Shown: positions 38,256 through 48,651, counted from the stretch's first letter. The stretch is DNA of 64,000 bases from Brevinematia bacterium (GCA_049968515.1 JBMFQR010000006.1:6648-70647), one strand, 5' to 3'. Made by a program: numbers and translations. The notes: a model not told the origin generated them from the letters alone.

Positions 38256-40702
38256 TGTCAGAAAAGATATCCATAGCATTTCAGCTTCCAGATATCTCTG
38301 AGGAATATCCAGACCTGTTACTAAAAGGGGCTTATAGTGCCGCAAAAGAACTGGATATTACTCTCTCTGTAATAAACATAGAACCCATTGATTCTCCTTA
38401 TGACTATAGATATCAGACAAATTTTCTCTTTGAGCTTCTCGAGAGTGAGTTTTTTGACGCAGTTATTCTCGCAAGCTGTACATTATCAAATTATATAACT
38501 AAAAGCAATTTTAATTCTCTGGTTGAAAAATTAAAAAATAAACCGCTTGTAAGTCTTGGAATTTTAGTAGAGAGTGCTACCTCAATTTTAATTGATAATA
38601 AAACAGCAATTTTGAATGTAATAGAACATCTTGTAAAGATTCACGAAAAGAAAAAAATTGCCTTTATAAAAGGACCTTTGAATAACATTGAGGCAAATGA
38701 AAGACTTAATGCCTTTGTTGAATCGATACTTAAGTTTGACATTCCATTTAATGAGAGACTGATTTTTGAAGGAGATTTTTCTATAAATTCAGGTGAAAAA
38801 GTGGCAGAGCAAATTTTAGAAAGCAAAATGGAGATTGATGCAATAATAACAGCTAATGATAATATGGCGATTGGCTTGATAAGAAAATTAAAAGAGGAAG
38901 GGATAAAAATTCCAGAACATATTGCAGTTGTTGGTTTTGATGATATAGAAAGTGCAAAATATTTAAAACCATCACTCTCAACTATCAAACAACCCATTTA
39001 TAAACAGGGCTACATTGCAGTAAAGAGTGCCTTCGAGCTAATTAAAAATGGCACAAATCCCGGAACAATTTATCTTCCATGCTTTTTTATGGCAAGAGAA
39101 TCCTGTGGATGTGGGAAGCTACCCGAAACACATTATTTTAATTTCAGCGAGGAAAACCTTTTCAGAGAACTAAAGAGATTTCTTGATGTAGAAGATATTG
39201 GCCTCAAAAATGCTGAAAAGGTGTACTCTTTCTTTCAAAATCTACTTATGGAGCTTGAGCAATCCTCACCTGAGGAAAAAAGGATCATTGACTCTTTGAA
39301 GAATCTTATAGAAAATCTTCTCGAGAATGGAGAAGATATAATTTTTTTATCTAAAATCCTTGAATTGCTTAACAAATTTTTTCCCGCACACGAGTGCATT
39401 TTAGAGAAATGCAATAACAAAATATATGAGGCTAAAAATTCCACTGATAATTTTTTGAGAAAGGAAAGAATGTTTTATGAGAGAAATCTTGAGGAATTTT
39501 TAGGTAGAATTTACACCTCAACTGACTGGAATGAATGGCTTAAAAACATAATGGAAATGGCCACCAGACTGAAATGGAAGTCATTTTACATTTTTAAATT
39601 TTTGAATCCTGTTCTGCACAGATATAAAGAGAACTTTTCAAAAAATGAATTTGTTTCATTAATACTTTCAGAAAAATTAAAAAATAACTTGAAAATTATG
39701 ACAATGAACGGAATAAAAGTTAAGTTTAAAGATTTTATTTCATATTTTAAGGATGATGAGAGCCATCTTTTCTTTGTTCTGGCAATATATTTCAGAGAAT
39801 ACCTGTATGGCTATATTGTTATTGATGGAGGAATGTTAGTTTCAGAGTATATTTATAAGGTTGCCTCTTCTCTGTCAAATAGCTTTTTTACCCTTTTGAT
39901 ACTTGAAAGACTTAGTTCTGAAACCAGAATAATTAAGCAAAGAACTGACGAATTGGAAAATGAGCTTTTTTTTGCGGAATTACTTCAGAAAAACATTCTG
40001 CCAAAATCTTCGCCGAGAGAATGTATAGATTTTTACTTTAAATACAAAGAAAGGATTGGAGGTGATTTCTTTGATTTTATAAATTTCAGGGAAAAAGACT
40101 GGGTTGGAATATTTATTGCGGATGTTTCAGGGCATGGCGTTCCAACTGCAATAGTTACTTCGGCTTTAAAATCATCCATCCTTCAGATGAGAGCCTTTCT
40201 TACAACCCCCTCAGAATTTTTGCTTGAGCTGAATGACACCATCTATTCTATGGCCAGACAGGGGTTTTTTGTAACGGCATTTTACGGGATATATAAAGAG
40301 GGTGAAAAAAAGCTTCTCTTCTCAAATGCCGGCCATAACAGCCCATATTTAATATATGAAGACTCTGTAAAACAGCTCGAATGTAAAAATTCTGGATTTG
40401 CACTCGGGATTGTTCCCAAGGAAGAACTTATAAGCATGAAGAAGGCATATAGAGATGAGGAAATAGACCTCGATAATGTTTTAAAGATTGTCTTCTACAC
40501 GGATGGACTGACAGAAACCTCCTCGAAAAATAATCCGGGAGCGGATTTTGAAAACTATGTCTTAAAAAGTCTATTTTTTAATAACAGAAAGCTTGAGCCG
40601 GCTGATTTTGTAAAAGTTATAAGGGACAATCTGATTTCATTTCACGGGAGTCAGAATTTTGAAGATGACGTCACCTTTATCTGTTTGGATATAAAAAATT
40701 AA
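38255..40702 (+). CDS. LacI-type sugar-binding domain + SpoIIE/PP2C Ser/Thr phosphatase
   Basis: TANDNMA, GFDD, PSLSTIKQP, RESCGC; IGGDFFD, ADVSGHG, NAGH, YTDGL, EDDVT. Confidence 0.9.
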   Translation: MSEKISIAFQLPDISEEYPDLLLKGAYSAAKELDITLSVINIEPIDSPYDYRYQTNFLFELLESEFFDAVILASCTLSNYITKSNFNSLVEKLKNKPLVSLGILVESATSILIDNKTAILNVIEHLVKIHEKKKIAFIKGPLNNIEANERLNAFVESILKFDIPFNERLIFEGDFSINSGEKVAEQILESKMEIDAIITANDNMAIGLIRKLKEEGIKIPEHIAVVGFDDIESAKYLKPSLSTIKQPIYKQGYIAVKSAFELIKNGTNPGTIYLPCFFMARESCGCGKLPETHYFNFSEENLFRELKRFLDVEDIGLKNAEKVYSFFQNLLMELEQSSPEEKRIIDSLKNLIENLLENGEDIIFLSKILELLNKFFPAHECILEKCNNKIYEAKNSTDNFLRKERMFYERNLEEFLGRIYTSTDWNEWLKNIMEMATRLKWKSFYIFKFLNPVLHRYKENFSKNEFVSLILSEKLKNNLKIMTMNGIKVKFKDFISYFKDDESHLFFVLAIYFREYLYGYIVIDGGMLVSEYIYKVASSLSNSFFTLLILERLSSETRIIKQRTDELENELFFAELLQKNILPKSSPRECIDFYFKYKERIGGDFFDFINFREKDWVGIFIADVSGHGVPTAIVTSALKSSILQMRAFLTTPSEFLLELNDTIYSMARQGFFVTAFYGIYKEGEKKLLFSNAGHNSPYLIYEDSVKQLECKNSGFALGIVPKEELISMKKAYRDEEIDLDNVLKIVFYTDGLTETSSKNNPGADFENYVLKSLFFNNRKLEPADFVKVIRDNLISFHGSQNFEDDVTFICLDIKN

Positions 40703-40728
40703 CCCGGCATTTATGTTAAAATGCCGGG
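40703..40728. terminator. hairpin between convergent genes
   Basis: CCCGGCATTT-ATGTTA-AAATGCCGGG. Confidence 0.75.
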
Positions 40729-40744
40729 CTATTAAGACTAAAAG

Positions 40745-41416
40745 CTAATTCTTTGTCCAGTAAATCTCATCCACCCAGTATTTTGAGAGTGGAACAAACT
40801 TTTTTCCCTGTGCCATACCAAATAAGATATTTACATCCTTAAAATTAATCTGTGGTATGAAATCAGCGAGTGGAATTGAAATTTCATGCCATTGTCCATC
40901 TGCTTTAAATCCATAATCATCAAGATTGAGCCAGGCTTCTGTCTGATAGCTGTGCTTTATAAGCACCTTGACATCACCTGCTCCGGGAGCGGCCTTAATG
41001 GCAAGCTTCAGGTGTCCATTTTCAAAACCTTCCATTTTCTGGGAGCCGGGGTTTACCTTGTGAAATCCAAAGCCAAACCACGTTCCAGCACCGGCGACAA
41101 TACTCATTGCTTCTTTTCCTGCGAAAACATCGTCATTTACCTTCTTGATCTTACAAGTGCCTTCCCAGATGTAAACTCTTACCTTAGCTTCTGGCTTGCT
41201 TTCCATATGTGAAAACTCAACCTCATTTCCACCACCATATACATCACTGTAAATTGGGAAAATATTCGGGTCTGATTTCAATTCGACAGTGGCCTGTTCT
41301 ACCTGTTTTGCTTCCTGTTTTACTTCCTGTTTTACTGCAGTTTCACTCTTTGCACAGGCAAAAATTACCAAACTGGCAACCGAGAGTAGTGCTAAAATCC
41401 TTAAAATTCTTTCCAT
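40745..41416 (-). CDS. lipoprotein with carbohydrate-binding-like jelly-roll domain
   Basis: lipobox VIFAC; WFGFG, DGQWHEISIPLADF, WVDEIYW typical of CBM-like domains. Confidence 0.65.
   Translation of the reverse strand: MERILRILALLSVASLVIFACAKSETAVKQEVKQEAKQVEQATVELKSDPNIFPIYSDVYGGGNEVEFSHMESKPEAKVRVYIWEGTCKIKKVNDDVFAGKEAMSIVAGAGTWFGFGFHKVNPGSQKMEGFENGHLKLAIKAAPGAGDVKVLIKHSYQTEAWLNLDDYGFKADGQWHEISIPLADFIPQINFKDVNILFGMAQGKKFVPLSKYWVDEIYWTKN
41302..41337 (-). repeat. 3 x 12-bp tandem repeat encoding the lipoprotein linker (VKQE/VKQE/AKQ)
   Basis: cctgttttgctt cctgttttactt cctgttttactg. Confidence 0.8.
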
Positions 41417-41438
41417 AATCTATCTCCTCCTTTACGTT

Positions 41439-41494
41439 ATACTGCTATATAGCTTGCTATATAGCAGTATAAAATATTATAAGAAAATTGTCAA
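41439..41494 (-). promoter_or_regulatory. sigma70 promoter overlapped by a 32-bp nested palindrome
   Basis: TTGACA-17 bp-TATACT on the minus strand; ATACTGCTATATAGC-TT-GCTATATAGCAGTAT covers the -10 and start site. Confidence 0.75.
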
Positions 41495-41575
41495 TACTTT
41501 TTTAAAAATTTTTTCACTTCTGAAATGAATAGTTCTTTAGAGTAAAGAATAAAGGTCAGAACATTTTTATCTCTC

Positions 41576-42496
41576 TTATTTATAAAAGAAATTCTTGTCA
41601 ATACATTGATCAGTCTCAAACTGAAGTGTGATGTGATCAATATCGTAGTTTTTATGAAGTATCTCTTCAATTCTTTTAGCCACAACACATGTATTTGAAA
41701 GAAGCATATCTTCCATCTCAATGTGGGCTTCAAGATAGATTGTGTTTTCATCTCCTAGCCAGGTATGAACATGGTGTATGTTTCTGACACCCGGAATAGC
41801 TTCAATTTCCTGTTTCATCTGGGAATAGTCAAGATTCGCTGCTGATTGCATTAAAATATCAATTGTCTTTTTAATAATTTTCCAGCTCTCCCATATTATG
41901 AAAAGGCAGATAAAGATTGTAATGATAGAATCAAGCCAGCTGAATTTTAAAAATTTTATTGCCACTGCCCCTGTTACAACAATTAAGGAAGAGAGTGTGT
42001 CACTTAAAAGGTGGAGGTAGCTTGACTTTATGTTAAGACTTTTGTGAGACTCCTTCTCAAGTAACATGGTGGCGAAAAGATTGGCAAAAAGCCCTATAAG
42101 ACCTATTATAAGCATTATGTCTGCATTAATTATTTCAGGTTTAAATAGTCTTTTAATTGTCTCAAATAGCAGTAAAACAGAAAATATAACAAGTGCAGAA
42201 GAATTAATAAATGCAGCAAGAATCTCCGCTCTTTTATAACCATAGGTTTTTCGAGGGTTCTGGGGTCTGACTGCAATCTTTCCAGCAATAAAACTGAGAG
42301 TTACTGCTGTTACATCATTGAGGTTATGTAATGCATCTGAAAATAGTGCAAGACTGCCTGAAAAAATACCACCAACAACCTCGGAAAGTGTAATCACAGA
42401 ATTTGCAATAACAATTGCCACAAACTTACTGGTTGAAAGATTTCTGTCATTATGATTATGGCTTTCCATTGTATTATCCTGATTTGATAATTTCAT
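41576..42496 (-). CDS. cation diffusion facilitator (CzcD/ZitB-like Zn/Co/Cd exporter)
   Basis: SLALFSDALHNLND, TYGYKRAEILAA, YLHLLSD, HHVHTW, HITLQFE. Confidence 0.93.
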   Translation of the reverse strand: MKLSNQDNTMESHNHNDRNLSTSKFVAIVIANSVITLSEVVGGIFSGSLALFSDALHNLNDVTAVTLSFIAGKIAVRPQNPRKTYGYKRAEILAAFINSSALVIFSVLLLFETIKRLFKPEIINADIMLIIGLIGLFANLFATMLLEKESHKSLNIKSSYLHLLSDTLSSLIVVTGAVAIKFLKFSWLDSIITIFICLFIIWESWKIIKKTIDILMQSAANLDYSQMKQEIEAIPGVRNIHHVHTWLGDENTIYLEAHIEMEDMLLSNTCVVAKRIEEILHKNYDIDHITLQFETDQCIDKNFFYK

Positions 42497-42600
42497 ATAT
42501 AATATTTTAAGTTAGAACTGCAGGTTTGTCCATTCTTCCCGCATTAATTAGACATGTATGATGTTTCCAGAAGCTATTAAAATAATGCTTTGATATTCTT

Positions 42601-42629
42601 TTGACAATAGTTGAATTTAATTTTATAAT
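42601..42629 (+). promoter_or_regulatory. consensus sigma70 promoter of the O-antigen-ligase-family gene
   Basis: TTGACA-17 bp-TATAAT. Confidence 0.8.
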
Positions 42630-42735
42630 ATGTGTTCTGAAATGAGCGGACTGCATTTTTAAACTAAACTGGTTTAAATAATTTCTCTATCTCTATTCTC
42701 AGTCGCTCGTTAATTAATGTCTGTGGGTTTTTATA

Positions 42736-43992
42736 ATGAATTCTTCTAAAGATAAGCTAACTAAAATTAGCTTTATATTTTTAGTAATTGCATTTTGCTT
42801 TTCTATTTTTCCCGGAATTTTCGTCCCTTTTACTATTGCTTCTATCCTGTCTTTTTTAATTCAAGTTTTGATTTCTGGAAATGTAAAAGAAAAAATAAAG
42901 ATTTATACAAGAGATTTCCTACTTTTTTGTTTTTTTCTGTTTGTAATTATACAGAGTTTTTTTCTTAAGGATTTTCTTACCTCTTTTCTTTCATCGTTTG
43001 CTATTTTCTTTTACATAATGGTATTATTATTCTTCAGAAATTTCCCTTTTGATGAGAAGAAAATAAGACTCATTGTGAAATTGACGTCCCTTTCCTTGAT
43101 CTTGTTTTGTAGTATTGCTTTAATACATTATCTGGTTGTTAAGAAGAGCATTACGATTTCATTTTTCGGTAAAAAAATTTGTGAGATATTACCTTCAATG
43201 GCAAATGAACCTACAGCTCCACTTCAATCGATACTTGCCCATTCGACAGGTGGAGGTGTACTGGTTGCAATGTTCTCATCTTTCATTCTTATATGGCTTG
43301 TAACTTTCTGGAAAAATGAGAATAAAAACTTTAAAATACTGCTTTTGAGTTCAATTTTAATCTCTTACACCACAATTGTTTTTACATCATCAAGAAGCGG
43401 GCTACTTGCTATTTTTCTCTCAGTTTTAAGTTCTATAATATTTTCAAAAAGATACAGGCTCTTATTTATACTTTTGTTTTTTGTCATTCTGTTCTTCTCC
43501 ATCCCCAATGAAAAGATAGAGAATACACTCAAAAAGCCTTTATATTCTCAAAATATAGAACCGAGATTATTACAATACAAAGAGGGTATAAGATTCTTCA
43601 AAGAGAATCCAGTTTTTGGCATAGGGCTTATGCAATTTAGAGATAGGTTTAAAAATCTCAGAGGAAATTATCCGGATCTTCCACATTATTTCTTTCTGAA
43701 TATTGAATATTTACATAATACTTATATTGCTTTACTTGCAGAAACAGGCATAATCGGTTTTTTGTTGTTCTACATCTTTCTGATTTTAAAAATCATAGAA
43801 GGGATAAAAAAATACTTGAGGGGAATTACAGGTTTTCAAAACTGCTTTGTTTTGTTTGTAATATTCTGGTTTTTGCTTGACTCAATATTTAATGCCCATT
43901 TATATGTCGTTCCGATAGGCATTTTCCTGTGGATTGGAATTGGCTTATCTGAAAATGATAATTTAAAGAATAGCCTAACAGAGAAGGTTTGA
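42736..43992 (+). CDS. O-antigen ligase (Wzy_C) family membrane protein
   Basis: multi-TM; TSSRSGLL, NPVFGIG, HNTYIALLAETGIIG. Confidence 0.85.
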   Translation: MNSSKDKLTKISFIFLVIAFCFSIFPGIFVPFTIASILSFLIQVLISGNVKEKIKIYTRDFLLFCFFLFVIIQSFFLKDFLTSFLSSFAIFFYIMVLLFFRNFPFDEKKIRLIVKLTSLSLILFCSIALIHYLVVKKSITISFFGKKICEILPSMANEPTAPLQSILAHSTGGGVLVAMFSSFILIWLVTFWKNENKNFKILLLSSILISYTTIVFTSSRSGLLAIFLSVLSSIIFSKRYRLLFILLFFVILFFSIPNEKIENTLKKPLYSQNIEPRLLQYKEGIRFFKENPVFGIGLMQFRDRFKNLRGNYPDLPHYFFLNIEYLHNTYIALLAETGIIGFLLFYIFLILKIIEGIKKYLRGITGFQNCFVLFVIFWFLLDSIFNAHLYVVPIGIFLWIGIGLSENDNLKNSLTEKV

Positions 43993-44322
43993 TGTGGCCG
44001 CAGGAAGGAATACCCTCCTTTTGCACCGTTTCTAAAAAATTAAAAGAGCCTTTTAATATTGAATGCATTATATGAATCCCTTATTTGGCAAATTATGATT
44101 GTATAAAATTTCTAAAAAATGAAAAACTTAACTTCTTTCTTCCCAATTCGTTAGATGAAATAGAAAATATTATTTTTAATGAAGTAAAAAATAGAAACCA
44201 GAAAAATAAATTCATTATTTTTGGAAGTGGGAGAATACTGTGCTAAGATTGCAAATAAACTAAAGGAATCGTTCCCTTCTTTTTGCGGAATAGTAGAAGA
44301 TACAAACCAAGGTCACTGATAT
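43992..44322 (+). pseudogene. decayed fragment of a divergent S-adenosylhomocysteine-hydrolase-like gene
   Basis: ATG overlaps the upstream TGA; in-frame TGA at 44073, +1 frameshift near 44223, TGA at 44317; reconstructs to ...ECII*IPY...IIFEVGEYCAKIA...GIVEDTNQGH*Y. Confidence 0.5.
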
Positions 44323-44511
44323 AATAAATAACAGTTAGAAATTTGACTTTTGATATTGATTATTATAACATTAAAGATTATTATAAAATTATGCCAATAA
44401 AGATGTTAACCTTTTGATAGAGAAAGGTTAAATATTACCAAACTGATATCTTCTATAAAGTGATGATTAAGTATTAAGATATATTGGAAAAACACTTAAA
44501 AGAGGCATTTT

Positions 44512-45912
44512 ATGGAATATAAGGTAAAAGATATTTCTTTAGCAGAGCTGGGTAGAAAAAAAATCGAAATAGCACAGAAAGAAATGCCGGGACTGATGAC
44601 AGTTCGTGAGAAGTACAGTAAAGAAAAGCCACTTAAAGGGGTAAGAATATCGGGATCGCTTCATATGACCATAGAGACTGCAGTACTCATTGAAACGCTT
44701 GCCGAACTTGGTGCAGATGTCAGATGGGCAAGCTGCAATATATTTTCAACCCAGGATGAAGCTGCTGCTGCTATTGCAAAGAGAGGCATTCCTGTATTTG
44801 CATGGAAGGGCGAAACACTTGAAGAATACTGGTGGTGTACAAAACAGGCTCTGACATTCCCCGGTGGAAAAGGCCCAATGCAGGTTGTTGATGATGGAGG
44901 AGATGCCACGCTTTTAATTCATCTCGGATATAGGGCTGAAAATGACCCTTCTATTCTTGAAAAAAAGCCTTCAAATAGAGAAGAGGCTATAATTCTCTCT
45001 CTTCTTAAAGAAACACAAAAGAATGAGCCTGATTTCTGGCATAAGGTTGTACAGGAACTTAATGGAATTTCAGAAGAAACAACTACAGGGGTCAGAAGAC
45101 TTTACCAGCTTATGGAAAAGGGGGAGCTTTTGGCTCCAGCTATAAATGTAAATGATTCAGTTACAAAGTCAAAGTTTGACAACATTTATGGTTGTCGTGA
45201 ATCTTTAATAGATGGAATAAAAAGGGCAACCGATGTTATGGTGGCGGGTAAGGTTGCAGTAGTTTGTGGCTATGGAGATGTAGGAAAGGGGTCTGCACAG
45301 GCACTGAGAGGAATGGGGGCAAGGGTTATTATAACTGAAATAGATCCTATATGCGCACTTCAGGCTGCAATGGAAGGATATGAGGTAAAGACTGTTGAAG
45401 ATGTACTTGATTTTGCAGATATTTATGTCACAGCTACTGGCAATTGTGATGTAATCAGGATAGAACATATGGAAAAGATGAAGGATGGTGCTATAGTATG
45501 TAATATTGGACACTTTGACGATGAGATTCAGGTTGATAAACTTAATGAATATCCGGGGATAAAAAAGATAAATATAAAACCACAGTATGATAAATACATC
45601 TTTCCTGATGGGCACTCTATCTATTTGCTTGCTGAGGGGAGGCTTGTAAATCTCGGCTGTGCCACAGGGCATCCTTCATTTGTAATGTCAAACTCATTCA
45701 CAAATCAGGTGTTGGCACAGATTGAGTTGTGGAGGAATAGAGGCAAGTATGAGAAGAAGGTTTATAGATTGCCAAAGCATCTTGATGAAGAGGTTGCAAG
45801 GCTTCATCTTGAAAAAATAGGTGTTAAGCTTACAAAATTGACTCCAAAACAGGCAGAATATATTGGTGTCCCACTTGAAGGCCCCTATAAGCCAGAGCAT
45901 TATAGGTATTAA
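44512..45912 (+). CDS. ahcY: adenosylhomocysteinase
   Basis: [56 protein letters not shown]. Confidence 0.98.
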   Translation: MEYKVKDISLAELGRKKIEIAQKEMPGLMTVREKYSKEKPLKGVRISGSLHMTIETAVLIETLAELGADVRWASCNIFSTQDEAAAAIAKRGIPVFAWKGETLEEYWWCTKQALTFPGGKGPMQVVDDGGDATLLIHLGYRAENDPSILEKKPSNREEAIILSLLKETQKNEPDFWHKVVQELNGISEETTTGVRRLYQLMEKGELLAPAINVNDSVTKSKFDNIYGCRESLIDGIKRATDVMVAGKVAVVCGYGDVGKGSAQALRGMGARVIITEIDPICALQAAMEGYEVKTVEDVLDFADIYVTATGNCDVIRIEHMEKMKDGAIVCNIGHFDDEIQVDKLNEYPGIKKINIKPQYDKYIFPDGHSIYLLAEGRLVNLGCATGHPSFVMSNSFTNQVLAQIELWRNRGKYEKKVYRLPKHLDEEVARLHLEKIGVKLTKLTPKQAEYIGVPLEGPYKPEHYRY

Positions 45913-46301
45913 TGGAGACTATGAAGCCCATATTTATAACTATTGTCATACTAACAAATGTATTAAGGTTTGAACTGGCACAGACAGAAGAAGAAAGGGA
46001 AAAAGGATTGATGGGTAGAAAAAACTGGGGCAATATTGATGGGATGTTATTTATCCATGATAAGCCTGAAGAGGTTTCTTACTGGATGAAGAGTACCTAT
46101 CTTGAACTCTGTATGATATTTATGGACAGAGATTTTAGACCACTTGAAGTTTACAGACCAGAAACTTTATCAACTAAGATTATTTTTTCTTCAAACACAA
46201 ATATAAAATATGTACTTGAATTAAACCCTTCTTACTCAAATGTTGTGTTTGAAAATATGAAATTATTTGCAGAAAAACTCAGAAAAAAGCTAAGCAATTG
46301 A
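45912..46301 (+). CDS. DUF192 family protein
   Basis: ELAQT..EREKGLM, GMLF, YWMKST, YVLELN. Confidence 0.85.
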   Translation: METMKPIFITIVILTNVLRFELAQTEEEREKGLMGRKNWGNIDGMLFIHDKPEEVSYWMKSTYLELCMIFMDRDFRPLEVYRPETLSTKIIFSSNTNIKYVLELNPSYSNVVFENMKLFAEKLRKKLSN

Positions 46302-46312
46302 AAAAATATGGC

Positions 46313-47722
46313 TTATTTCTGCTGGCTCTTGATATATTTATCTATAGCAATAGCAGCCTTTTTACCCGCACCCATAGCCGTGACAACTGTTGCCGCCCCT
46401 GTCACTATATCTCCACCTGCAAAGACTCCGGGCATAGAAGTTCTACCCCATTCATCAGCCTCTATTTCTCCACCTTTTTTAAATTTTAACTCCGGTGTTG
46501 TCCTTGCTATCATAGGATTTGGTGTCGTACCAATTGCGACAATTGCTTCATCAATGTCAATTATAAATTCAGAGCCTTTTATTGGTATGGGGCTTCTTCT
46601 TCCGGAAGCATCTGGCTCTCCGAGTTCCATTTTCAAACATTCCATCTGCTTCACAAAGCCTCTTTCATCACCGATGTATCTCACAGGATTTGTTAAGGTT
46701 AGAAATTCAATCCCTTCTTCTTTTGCATGATGAACTTCTTCGATCCTTGCGGGCATTTCTTTCTCGGTCCTTCTGTATATCAGATAGACATGCTCTGCAC
46801 CAAGCCTTTTTGCTGTCCTTGCAGCATCCATTGCAACATTTCCTCCACCAATCACTGCAACCCTTCTTCCACGAAGAACTGGTGTGTCATACTCACCTTC
46901 AAGATAAGCCTTCATAAGATTCACACGTGTCAAAAATTCATTGGCAGAATAAATTCCATTAAGATTTTCACCCGGAATATTCATAAACTTTGGCAGACCA
47001 GCTCCTGTTCCGATAAATATAGCCTTAAATCCCTGATTGAATAAATCATTAATGGTCAATACTCTACCTATCAGAGCATTAGTTACAAATTGTACCCCAA
47101 GATTTTTCAAAGCTTCAATCTCAGCCTTAACAATAGCTTTAGGAAGTCTAAACTCTGGAATACCATAAACCAGAACCCCGCCAAGCTCATGGAAACCTTC
47201 AAAAATAGTAACATCATATCCCATTTTTGCAAGATCTGCCGCACAACTTAGACCTGCAGGGCCTGAGCCAACAATCGCAACCCTTATACCATTTTTCTGA
47301 ATCTTAATACTATCATTTGCTTTATATACACCTTTTAATTTTCTATCGAGTTCCCAGTCGGCCACAAAGCGTTCAAGTCTGCCAATTGAAACCGGCTCAC
47401 CTATCTTACCCACAACACAAACAGCCTGGCACTGCTCTTCCTGAGGACACACTCTTCCAGTTACACAAGGTAAAGAATCTGTCAAGTGTATTATATCTAT
47501 AGCTTTTTGATAATCCTTTTCCCTGATAGCCTTAATAAAGGCAGGGATATCGATATTTACAGGGCAACCGCTTACACAGGGTTTGTTTTTGCACTGAAGA
47601 CATCTGTTTGCTTCTTCTATGGCCTCTTCTTCAGAATACCCATAAGGTACTTCGTTAAAATTTTTAATCCTTTCTTCAGGTGGTTGTTCCCTCATAGGAA
47701 CCGCATTCTTACTTACTGCCAT
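46313..47722 (-). CDS. NADPH-dependent glutamate synthase small-subunit-like protein (NfnB/SudA type)
   Basis: RCLQC..PCVSGCPV, GRVCPQEEQC, GSGPAG, GGGNVAMD, AGGDIVTG. Confidence 0.92.
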   Translation of the reverse strand: MAVSKNAVPMREQPPEERIKNFNEVPYGYSEEEAIEEANRCLQCKNKPCVSGCPVNIDIPAFIKAIREKDYQKAIDIIHLTDSLPCVTGRVCPQEEQCQAVCVVGKIGEPVSIGRLERFVADWELDRKLKGVYKANDSIKIQKNGIRVAIVGSGPAGLSCAADLAKMGYDVTIFEGFHELGGVLVYGIPEFRLPKAIVKAEIEALKNLGVQFVTNALIGRVLTINDLFNQGFKAIFIGTGAGLPKFMNIPGENLNGIYSANEFLTRVNLMKAYLEGEYDTPVLRGRRVAVIGGGNVAMDAARTAKRLGAEHVYLIYRRTEKEMPARIEEVHHAKEEGIEFLTLTNPVRYIGDERGFVKQMECLKMELGEPDASGRRSPIPIKGSEFIIDIDEAIVAIGTTPNPMIARTTPELKFKKGGEIEADEWGRTSMPGVFAGGDIVTGAATVVTAMGAGKKAAIAIDKYIKSQQK

Positions 47723-48551
47723 TTTTACACTCCGCTAAAAAACCTTCAAGACATCTTTCCTCAACATCTTTGTATGTTGCAAGCCTCTTCATTAATTCTT
47801 CAAAATCAACCCTATGCCCATCAAAATCAGGACCATCCATACATGTAAACTTTGTTTTATTATCCACAGTTACCCTACAGGCCCCACACATACCCATCCC
47901 ACATACCATTAATGAATTAAGACTAACTATGGTTTTAATTTTATACAGTCTTGTAAGATCACTGACAGCCTTCATCATAATGGCAGGTCCTATGGCAAAA
48001 ATTCTGTCTATTTTTCTACCATTATCAATTAATTCCTTCAAAAAGTCAGTGACAAATCCTTTTTTACCATAAGAACCATCATTTGTCCCGATTATTAATT
48101 CGTCTGACACAGACTTCATTTTATTTTCCCAGAACACATAATCCTTTGATCTATAACCGATTATTGCCGTAACATTATTCTTGAATTCTTTCAATTTTCT
48201 TGCCAGAGGATACACAGGAGCAATTCCAATTCCCCCTCCTATAACAACGACATTTCCAAAATCTTCAACTTCTGTAGGATTCCCCTGAGGTCCAAGAAAA
48301 TCAAGTATGTAATCACCGGCTTTTAACATTCCGAGTTTATGTGTTGTTTTTCCTACTTCCTGAAATACTATTGTTATGGTTCCATTTTCTCTATCGAAAT
48401 CTGCGATCGTTAAGGGGACTCTTTCACCTTTTTCTGTAGCCCTTACTATCACAAACTGGCCAGCTTCTGCCTTTCTTGCTACAAGTGGTGCTTCTATAAG
48501 GGCGTAATTGATTTTTGGACCAAGATAATACTTTTCCAGAATCTTAAACAT
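47709..48551 (-). CDS. sulfide/dihydroorotate-dehydrogenase-like FAD/NAD-binding [2Fe-2S] subunit (NfnA/SudB type)
   Basis: GQFVIVR, ERVPLTIAD, GGGIGIAP, MVCGMGMCGACRV...CMDGPDFDG; overlaps its partner gene. Confidence 0.92.
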   Translation of the reverse strand: MFKILEKYYLGPKINYALIEAPLVARKAEAGQFVIVRATEKGERVPLTIADFDRENGTITIVFQEVGKTTHKLGMLKAGDYILDFLGPQGNPTEVEDFGNVVVIGGGIGIAPVYPLARKLKEFKNNVTAIIGYRSKDYVFWENKMKSVSDELIIGTNDGSYGKKGFVTDFLKELIDNGRKIDRIFAIGPAIMMKAVSDLTRLYKIKTIVSLNSLMVCGMGMCGACRVTVDNKTKFTCMDGPDFDGHRVDFEELMKRLATYKDVEERCLEGFLAECKNGSK

Positions 48552-48651
48552 TAGTAACTCCTCTCATTTTAGGTAAGAGTTTAAAATATCAATAATTAGT
48601 TATGAATTTCATTATGAAAAAATGTACCCAGCTAATAAAAGCGAATTGAAC

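Noticed and set aside
44340-44511. SAH/SAM riboswitch upstream of ahcY
   Set aside because: Very AT-rich; only a simple TTAACCTTT/AAAGGTTAA hairpin and no aptamer consensus I recognise.
47860-47868. DnaA box TTATCCACA
   Set aside because: Single copy inside a coding sequence with no cluster, so not an origin.
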